In this document: piece after piece, positions 49,812-56,409 of the stretch | Numbering within the stretch: position 1 is the first letter of the stretch | Layout of the letters: each line of letters opens with the position of its first letter | From: an uncultured virus (IMG/VR IMGVR_UViG_3300043568_000902) | Lineage: Duplodnaviria; Heunggongvirae; Uroviricota; Caudoviricetes | DNA length: 60,685 nucleotides | Virus record (IMG/VR): IMGVR_UViG_3300043568_000902 | Reading direction: 5' to 3' (one strand) | The notes under the pieces: generated by a model | Told to the model about the DNA's origin: nothing | Seen by the model: the letters and a program-made list of their open reading frames with translations, nothing else | Databases searched by the model: none | Program-made: the position numbers and the translations under genes

Positions 49812-50003
49812 TTTAGAGTTGATTTAGAATTGAATAAAAAATATACCCCCTTGGACTTCGGGGGCATTAAACAAATAAATATGAAAGAAAACTACAGCAT
49901 GTCCTAGCTGGTGGGGTTACCCCGCGTCACTAAACGAATTAATTAATTTACTTTAGGAACCGTTGTTCCCTCGATGAAAAAACTTGTGACGCGAGGCAAT
50001 ATC

Positions 50004-50159
50004 TTACCACCAATTAGTTCCGCGAGAGTTGTAGTTCTCGCGAATCTTTGGTTTAAAACTATCTTCACAACTGTGCACTGTTGTTGCACAAGATGTCATC
50101 AATGCTACTAATGTGATTAACACAAAGTACATTAAGATGTAGGCATTACTCTTCTTCAT
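50004..50159 (-). CDS. Small lipoprotein (51 aa)
   Basis: Manually translated: MKKSNAYILMYFVLITLVALMTSC...; lipobox. Confidence 0.55.
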   Translation of the reverse strand: MKKSNAYILMYFVLITLVALMTSCATTVHSCEDSFKPKIRENYNSRGTNWW

Positions 50160-50476
50160 ATATCGCCGGGGTTAAATCCCTTAAACATATCATTTAACTG
50201 TGTAACAGCATCATCCATACGCTGTTCATTAGAAGTAAGACCACCTTTGTAGTTCTTATAATCTTCTAATGCGGCATCAAATTTCTTTTGAGCTTCTATA
50301 AAAACCTTTTGGGCTTCTATATACTCATCACATGCTTTATCCATAGCATCATAGGCAGCAAGATCGCGAAACAATTGTTCCTTTTCTTGCTCTTGTTCAG
50401 CATAATTAAACATGGTTGCTGATTGCAACTCATCCATCATGCGTTCAAACTCTGGGGTGCTCTTTGTCTTACTCAT
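50156..50476 (-). CDS. Coiled-coil hypothetical protein
   Basis: 106-aa ORF. Confidence 0.65.
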   Translation of the reverse strand: MSKTKSTPEFERMMDELQSATMFNYAEQEQEKEQLFRDLAAYDAMDKACDEYIEAQKVFIEAQKKFDAALEDYKNYKGGLTSNEQRMDDAVTQLNDMFKGFNPGDI

Positions 50477-50643
50477 ACGTTTACTACTAAGGTTATATGG
50501 TTTTGTAAATCTTCAAACATTTTTTCAAGTTCTGGCACACTCATATCATATATGAGGTCAAACTCTTCCACAGTAATATTCCTACCAAATAAGAAATTGA
50601 TACTCTTATTGATATCTTGAATCAAAGTTATTTTTTCTTTCAT
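50473..50643 (-). CDS. Hypothetical protein
   Basis: Likely start MKEKIT. Confidence 0.55.
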   Translation of the reverse strand: MKEKITLIQDINKSINFLFGRNITVEEFDLIYDMSVPELEKMFEDLQNHITLVVNV

Positions 50644-50693
50644 ACGATTACTTATTATGTACATACCCGGATACACACTATACAAGCGTGATA

Positions 50694-50725
50694 AAAAAAG
50701 AAAAGGTAGCGTGATGCTACCCTTT
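50694..50725 (-). terminator. Intrinsic terminator after the DUF2828 gene
   Basis: GGTAGC stem followed by a long T tract on the - strand. Confidence 0.6.
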
Positions 50726-50738
50726 CAAGATTATATGA

Positions 50739-52142
50739 TTAGTCCACCTTGATACAAGAGTATCTTGGCTTACCAATAGTTTCCATCATAACACTGTAAG
50801 GACTCATATCCTTACCGCCCAAGATACTTGTTAGTATACTTGGACTATACCCGCTAACAAGGGCAGTGTTTGGTGTGTTAGCCTTCACAGGTACATTACC
50901 AAGGCGACCGTTAACATTCCAAAAGACAATACCTGGCATTTCATAGCCTGCTTCAGCGTACATAGCCTTGATTACATCAAAGTTATTACGATTACCACAG
51001 GCTTCATCAAACTCCATGTCACTGATAATCAGTAACTTAGTAGGCATGTCTTCTTGTAATACTTTACCATCTTTTGCACGGTTAAGTAACACATGAAATG
51101 TTGCTTCAAGGTTAGTATTATATCCCCATTCCGCTTTACGCAAGTTATGTACTCTATCAGATAGAGTATCACCTTGTATCTTGTGGAACACTGGGGTACC
51201 ACTAAACGTCAACACAAGATCCTTGAAAGGACCTTCATTGCGCTCAGAGATATATAAGCCTAATCCTATAGATACATCCATAGGTTGGCCCGTCATACTA
51301 CCTGATACATCGCACACAGGCAAGATTCTTTCCTTGCACCCTTCCATATAATTAGGTAAAGACTTCCACATAGCATCATATGCTGTTGTGTTATTTCTTT
51401 CATCCCAATCAGGAAACATAACCTTGTTAACAAGATCACTTGGGAACAATACAGAAGCATTCATCTTCTCCTTGCCTTCCATAACATCGGTAATATAAGA
51501 ATCATATCTTACACCATCATGTTTACGGAATGCACCTACATATCTCTTACCTGCAACAGAGGGTACTTGTGAATAAGGAATAGATTCCCACTCATTAGCA
51601 CACATCTTTTGCTCCACGGTATTAGACATAGAAGTCAATCTTCTGCGGAATGTACCTGCTGATACACCGAGATACTTATGCATACCTACAAACCATTCTC
51701 CCTTGCGTGGGAACCACTTGGCCAATAGATTAGCATTCTCATTCTCATCTAGTTGATGCTTCAACCAGTTAAGAGTATCCTCGCTTGGTCTCTCAATGAT
51801 AAAGACATCCTTCCAATACCCAAATGTTGGTATATGTATGGCAACCTGATCATAGGCTTCACCATCCAGTGTCATAAGATGTCTCATGATCACTTGGAAG
51901 AATCTCTTCTCACCTGCACCACCTCGTGCATCACGTGCCCAAAATAGAATCTTAAGAGCCACATTCTTATCTTCACGATAAGCGCGTGTAAAAGCTTTTA
52001 AGATATCTTCTTCAGACATAAAACGGCTCGCACCTGCTATGAAAAACAGGTCAAGACACTCCATACCTGCAGTACTATGCGTAACTGCGCCGTTATTGGT
52101 AAGAGCATCATTAGAAAACATTGCGTTGGTAAAATTGTCCAT
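50739..52142 (-). CDS. DUF2828 / TROVE (Ro60)-like protein with C-terminal vWA
   Basis: T.NGA..ST..CLDLFF, RD.RGG.GE+, GYWKD, AKW.PR, VE.KMC.N.W, MIDAS DVSGSM, SDMEFD, FWNV. Confidence 0.88.
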   Translation of the reverse strand: MDNFTNAMFSNDALTNNGAVTHSTAGMECLDLFFIAGASRFMSEEDILKAFTRAYREDKNVALKILFWARDARGGAGEKRFFQVIMRHLMTLDGEAYDQVAIHIPTFGYWKDVFIIERPSEDTLNWLKHQLDENENANLLAKWFPRKGEWFVGMHKYLGVSAGTFRRRLTSMSNTVEQKMCANEWESIPYSQVPSVAGKRYVGAFRKHDGVRYDSYITDVMEGKEKMNASVLFPSDLVNKVMFPDWDERNNTTAYDAMWKSLPNYMEGCKERILPVCDVSGSMTGQPMDVSIGLGLYISERNEGPFKDLVLTFSGTPVFHKIQGDTLSDRVHNLRKAEWGYNTNLEATFHVLLNRAKDGKVLQEDMPTKLLIISDMEFDEACGNRNNFDVIKAMYAEAGYEMPGIVFWNVNGRLGNVPVKANTPNTALVSGYSPSILTSILGGKDMSPYSVMMETIGKPRYSCIKVD

Positions 52143-52211
52143 TGCTTTAAAGGTTTTTGGTTAAACAAATTAATGAGATTGGCAGGCCACGAGTATCACT
52201 ACTTGGCTTTT

Positions 52212-52588
52212 GCACATACTACAGAATGAAGAGAACCAAACAACTAACTTGTTGTGGCCTACCTTTCTCGTGAGACTTTTATTGTCTCGTGCATTGTATT
52301 TGTTTTTTACAGTGCAGATTCATTCTTTAATGTGCTAAATGCTCTTATGTTAAACAGAATAGTTGTTTAACCTAGTTTAATTGTGTAGTTAAATAGTGCT
52401 GAACTATCCTTCACTAACATAAGAGCAGGTTTGATTATCTAATATCCTAGATTTAGAAGACACGGCAACGAAGCCCTGGTAGAATTGTTATCTACATCTT
52501 CAGATAATCAGTGGTTGTAAAGATACAGAATGCGTTTTAACTTACCATAGTTTTATTTATAGTGCTGTATACATTCTTCCCTTTACAA
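52212..52588 (-). ncRNA. Array of three repeated structured RNAs (Y-RNA-like candidates)
   Basis: Units 52212-52335, 52340-52427, 52515-52588 share AGRATR..C(A/T)GCACT...YATTCTGT in nested stems; G-U pairs work on the - strand. Confidence 0.7.
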
Positions 52589-52590
52589 TA

Positions 52591-52806
52591 TCAATAGTCG
52601 TCTTCGTCTAACATCTCGTTAAACTCGTCTTCCATAAAGTTGGCGGTGATCCCATCCACCCTACTAATAGGGTTAATAGGAAGACCAAGAACCAGTGCTT
52701 CATAGTAATTAATTACCTGAATAACACTGATTCCTGATAATACTTTGCCGTCAAGTAAGTTAGTAAACTTCTCAGAGGTCTTTATCTTAGCAAGATTAGC
52801 GTTCAT
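52591..52806 (-). CDS. Hypothetical protein
   Basis: 71-aa ORF. Confidence 0.6.
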   Translation of the reverse strand: MNANLAKIKTSEKFTNLLDGKVLSGISVIQVINYYEALVLGLPINPISRVDGITANFMEDEFNEMLDEDDY

Positions 52807-52807
52807 C

Positions 52808-53170
52808 TTAATTGGTTAAAAGAGTGTATAAATACTCATTGTCTTGCCAATTGAACTTAAACTTTAAGGATAAGTCATTAGCAATTTGATCAATGCTGGT
52901 ATCACCTGCATCCATACGTTCTCTACCTAACAAATAAGCGTCGTGCATTTGAGGATATACATCCCCTAAACAGGTATAGTAACCACGTTCATATGCTTCT
53001 ACACGATTATTAACCATTACTTGCTCAAAATCTGTGTCAATAGGGCCATCTTCAATAAGATTACATTCTCTTATTATAGATTTATTACGAAACACTTCAC
53101 CGCTTGATATTGTGGCAATACATATTACCACGGCTACAAGCATGCCTACCGCAAAGGATTTAATGTCCAT
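52808..53170 (-). CDS. Membrane-anchored hypothetical protein
   Basis: N-terminal TM. Confidence 0.65.
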   Translation of the reverse strand: MDIKSFAVGMLVAVVICIATISSGEVFRNKSIIRECNLIEDGPIDTDFEQVMVNNRVEAYERGYYTCLGDVYPQMHDAYLLGRERMDAGDTSIDQIANDLSLKFKFNWQDNEYLYTLLTN

Positions 53171-53243
53171 AGTTATAAGGTTTAAGTTAATACAAGTTAT
53201 ATAGGACAGCCGGGATAAAAATCGTAAAATCCCGGCTTCCTAC

Positions 53244-53432
53244 CTATTCCAACTCACCAGCTTGACAAAGGTTATCATCATAGATAAAGACACCAGTCTC
53301 TATATACTCCAACACCTCACCTTCGCAAGCATACTCAATAACAGAACTCTCAGCAGTATGTATGGTATACAAACCATCTACCCTCTCAACCTTACCGGTT
53401 AAAAGGTACATTAACAAAATCAATTTACTCAT
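53244..53432 (-). CDS. Hypothetical protein
   Basis: 62-aa ORF with A-rich leader. Confidence 0.55.
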   Translation of the reverse strand: MSKLILLMYLLTGKVERVDGLYTIHTAESSVIEYACEGEVLEYIETGVFIYDDNLCQAGELE

Positions 53433-53663
53433 TGTATAAGTATTAAAGGGTTAAACACACTAATAACAAATGGCCAGGTTCTCACCCCGGCCTTATCCCC
53501 CATTCTGCTATATCACAAGACAGACCCAGGGACACATAAAGCCTTGGTACTACACCTAAATTCCCGTTTATGTAGTGTTAGCTTCATTAATTGACAATAG
53601 GGGAACAAGCCGCCCAATTCTACTTATTGTTTAGTCAATCAAATCTACCATAGGAACCAAAGA

Positions 53664-53800
53664 CTCTGTACCACTCTGCATTCAGTTATAATAGTGTATT
53701 AGCTTCCAACGAGGTCTTACCTCTTCAGTAGAAGGTCTGCGAAATACACTATTACAACTGCTTACCCTTGTGAAGTAAGTTATGATGCATTAATACAAAG
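53664..53800 (-). ncRNA. Twister-like self-cleaving ribozyme with long P5
   Basis: P1 CUUUGUAU/GUACAGAG, UAA, P2 UGCA/UGCA, P4 CUUAC/GUAAG, L4 UUCACAAGG, 3' GAGUG giving a CAC:GUG pseudoknot. Confidence 0.72.
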
Positions 53801-53954
53801 GGACCGTGCTCGCAAGCATCATTGTCCCTTTAGCTATCTAGTACGCGTCCATATGCGTACCCAATGTACAATATCACAGATTGTTAAGAATACCTGAGTG
53901 GGGTGTTAGCTCTTACACTAACACCCTCATACTCAAGTAGTTAGCCCACCTTTG

Positions 53955-54341
53955 TTAAAGGTCAGCTACATCCTTCTTCTCAACCTTCTTGGCTCCAGTT
54001 GCAGCACCTCTGCTACCCCCAGCTACCATCTTCGCAGCAAGCTTATCGGCTAAGCTTTGCCCGAAATTACCACCGTATTGCTCTGCTAAAGCAACCTGCA
54101 TATCCATCTCTGTTGTGTCAGGGATGATACGCCCGTCCTGCGTGGTTAAACTTGGACAACTCTCCCCTACATAACGTGTAGAGAAGAACAACGGAGCACC
54201 ATTGTCATCTTCTACAAGATAACTACCGGCTTGCTCGCGGTATTGGTCAAGCTCCTCGGCTTTACCTTTCACGGTGTATACAAACACCAACTTGCCAGTT
54301 TCTTTTTTGCGGTACTGGCGCACCTTCTCAAACTTTGCCAT
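53955..54341 (-). CDS. Early protein, paralog of 54790-55209
   Basis: Shared FVY.V.G..E.LD.Y...G......NG.PL.F..R..GESC and QVALAEQYGGNFGQSLAD+LA.K. Confidence 0.8.
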   Translation of the reverse strand: MAKFEKVRQYRKKETGKLVFVYTVKGKAEELDQYREQAGSYLVEDDNGAPLFFSTRYVGESCPSLTTQDGRIIPDTTEMDMQVALAEQYGGNFGQSLADKLAAKMVAGGSRGAATGAKKVEKKDVADL

Positions 54342-54416
54342 AGGCTTTAATTGATTGGTTTTTAATTAGTTAACATTACCTTAGCTCCATTACCCCATAT
54401 GACTACGGGAAATAAT

Positions 54417-54508
54417 CGAGCGTAGCGAAGATTATGGGTATATAGAAATTAACGAGCGAAGCGAGTAAGCGGAGCGAAGCGGAGCTAAAAAAAGCGAGCG
54501 AAGCGAGC
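54417..54508 (+). repeat. Cluster of GAGCG(A/T)AGCG mini-hairpin repeats
   Basis: CGAGCGTAGCGA, CGAGCGAAGCGAG, GCGGAGCGAAGCGGAGC, GCGAGCGAAGCGAGC; more copies at 55276-55290, 55302-55316 and ~56384-56399. Confidence 0.85.
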
Positions 54509-54630
54509 TAAGAATAAGATATGGGTATATAGGAATCCAAGGGTAAAAACTTTACAACTTAATGATAATGAGCGTGTTGGTCACGCGGCCCCGTGGGAAA
54601 ACATCCATACTAGGATTCCAAGAATGCGTG

Positions 54631-54660
54631 CATCCGTGTACATCCGTGTACATACGTGTA
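54631..54660. repeat. 10-bp tandem repeat x3
   Basis: CATCCGTGTA CATCCGTGTA CATACGTGTA. Confidence 0.85.
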
Positions 54661-54789
54661 TACTTGCTTCCTATATATATGTACACACTCACAATAGCAT
54701 CCTAGTGCTATAGCAAAAAGGGTATATAGAACTTAAACGAAGTTTAAAACCCACGAGTGTGAACTCGTGGGTGTAGGTGCAGGTCCTGC

Positions 54790-55209
54790 TTACAGGTCAC
54801 CTGGCTTCTTCTTGGAAGAAGTCTTGGTGTCTGTTGCAGGACGAGCAGTTGGGGTTTGCGACTTGGTCACAAGTTTGCTGGCCAATCGGTCAGCTAAACT
54901 TTGGCCAAAGTTGCCCCCATACTGCTCCGCAAGTGCGACTTGTATGTCAAGCGCGGAAGTGTCTGGGTACCAGGCACTTTCGTCTTGCTTGACAACAAGC
55001 TCGCACGACTCGCCGGCGAATCTTTGCGTAAAGTACAATGGTTCACCATTGTCACTTTCGCGATAGAATTCGCCCTGCGTTTCGGCGTAATGGTCCAAAG
55101 ATTCCTTTGGGCCACTTACGGCGTAAACGAAGGTTAGGCGAGGGCGCGCACCGGCGATCTTACTCGCTTTGCGATAAGAGCGCTGAAAAGATAGTTTTAA
55201 ATTTTTCAT
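54790..55209 (-). CDS. Early protein, paralog of 53955-54341
   Basis: 139 aa; near-identical QVALAEQYGGNFGQSLAD block. Confidence 0.8.
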   Translation of the reverse strand: MKNLKLSFQRSYRKASKIAGARPRLTFVYAVSGPKESLDHYAETQGEFYRESDNGEPLYFTQRFAGESCELVVKQDESAWYPDTSALDIQVALAEQYGGNFGQSLADRLASKLVTKSQTPTARPATDTKTSSKKKPGDL

Positions 55210-55232
55210 AAAATTTGAAATTAGATTTTCAA

Positions 55233-55273
55233 GGTATAATGGGTATTAAATAAAAAAACTTGCGAAGCAAGTT
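55233..55273 (-). promoter_or_regulatory. Putative phage-RNAP early promoter module (GGGTAT + hairpin on template strand)
   Basis: GTATAATGGGTATTAAA then AACTTGC-GAA-GCAAGTT; the module recurs before each early gene. Confidence 0.6.
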
Positions 55274-55365
55274 CCGCGAGCGAAGCGAGCACAACGCACG
55301 CGCGAGCGCAGCGAGCAGCCGTTGCTTGCGCAAAGGAAGAGCCGAAGCTCTTCCGCGCAAAGACT

Positions 55366-55692
55366 TTAAATTTGATTAAAGTCAAGCGTACCACGCCATT
55401 CTTGTAAAGACATGGTTTCGGTACGCGACCACGCTTTGGGGTAATCTTTCCTAAAGGTTACCTCATCGGACCATTTATTATAGCCTTGGAACAAGAGCGA
55501 ATAATGGTCAAGCGTGTCGTCATCTTTCTTGATGGTATGATGCCTATGATAACGCGGTTCAAGATCCTCATCTTGAAGTGGGTTAACATAAGTACCATCA
55601 AGAATAGCCATAGCAACCAATGGGTTGCTGTGTGCGTTGATGACGTCTAATAAATCTGCGAACGCGATTTGAATTTTGATTGGTTCTACCAT
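55366..55692 (-). CDS. Early hypothetical protein
   Basis: Likely start MVEPIK at 55692. Confidence 0.7.
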   Translation of the reverse strand: MVEPIKIQIAFADLLDVINAHSNPLVAMAILDGTYVNPLQDEDLEPRYHRHHTIKKDDDTLDHYSLLFQGYNKWSDEVTFRKDYPKAWSRTETMSLQEWRGTLDFNQI

Positions 55693-55726
55693 GATAAAAT
55701 TTAAATTAAGTGAAACTGATTTATTA

Positions 55727-55774
55727 GTATAATGGGTATTAAAGTAAAAAAACAACAAGAGCCAAAGCTCTTGT
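55727..55774 (-). promoter_or_regulatory. Putative early promoter module
   Basis: GTATAATGGGTATTAAA (17 bp identical to the 55234 copy) plus ACAAGAGC-CAAA-GCTCTTGT hairpin. Confidence 0.6.
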
Positions 55775-55802
55775 GTTTAGTACCCGAAAGGCAAGGATGT
55801 AA

Positions 55803-55976
55803 TCAATTTTCATTGATTACAAACTTGTCGTCTTCGGTAAGTACAAGCAGTGCGCGCTCAATAGCGCGTACTTCTTGTGCAACTTCCCGAAGTTCGGGAA
55901 AGGCCTTGCCCAATCCCTTGGGCAAAGTTATTTCGCGATCGATATGTAGGATCGCGAAAGGACGTGGTCTTTTCAT
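55803..55976 (-). CDS. 57-aa early protein
   Basis: Manually translated: MKRPRPFAILHIDREITLPKGLGKAFPELREVAQEVRAIERALLVLTEDDKFVINEN; preceded by a GGGTAT module. Confidence 0.65.
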   Translation of the reverse strand: MKRPRPFAILHIDREITLPKGLGKAFPELREVAQEVRAIERALLVLTEDDKFVINEN

Positions 55977-56009
55977 AGTAAATCGATTTTATGAGATTTG
56001 CTATGATAT

Positions 56010-56053
56010 TGGGTATTATGTTAAAAAAGAAAAACAACTCCGAAGAGTTGTTT
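56010..56053 (-). promoter_or_regulatory. Putative early promoter module
   Basis: TGGGTATT, A-run, AAACAACTC-CGAA-GAGTTGTTT hairpin. Confidence 0.55.
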
Positions 56054-56069
56054 TGCTTAATGAAGAAGG

Positions 56070-56252
56070 TTAAGCCTTCTTCATATCTCGTAGTTGATAG
56101 TATATCAAGTACGAGATGAATGCTGCGCAGAAGATGAGGAAGCCATTTACGTATGGCTTACCACTTATGTGCGGCAACATGTTAGTAATGAAGATTAGCG
56201 CAATGGCATCAAGCCATGCGATGATTGTAATGAATAACATGAGATTTTTCAT
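56070..56252 (-). CDS. 60-aa 2-TM early membrane protein
   Basis: Start MKNLML at 56252; two hydrophobic helices. Confidence 0.65.
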   Translation of the reverse strand: MKNLMLFITIIAWLDAIALIFITNMLPHISGKPYVNGFLIFCAAFISYLIYYQLRDMKKA

Positions 56253-56281
56253 AATGATTAAATAATTATTATGAAAAATAC

Positions 56282-56310
56282 TGGGTATCTTACACAAGCG
56301 TAGCTTGTGT
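56282..56310 (-). promoter_or_regulatory. Putative early promoter module
   Basis: TGGGTATCT plus ACACAAGC-GTA-GCTTGTGT hairpin. Confidence 0.55.
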
Positions 56311-56409
56311 TCCAAGCGAGCGAGCCCCAGCTCGCGAGCCCAGCGAGCACTGTGTCTTGCACAGCAAGCACATGTGTGAGCACGCGAGCGCAGCGAGCGC
56401 ACCAAGCAT

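Noticed and set aside
53480..53560. HDV-like/theta ribozyme (..GCAGAAUGGGG..)
   Set aside because: Could not build P1/P3/L3 (UCC) topology; no adjacent tRNA.
53700..53745. Hammerhead ribozyme (CUGAAGAG on - strand inside the twister P5 arm)
   Set aside because: No GAAA after stem II and no NUH site or stem III; at most a degenerate relic.
52143..53954. tRNA genes
   Set aside because: No cloverleaf with a T-loop GTTC motif and acceptor stem found by eye; tRNAscan would be needed to exclude fully.
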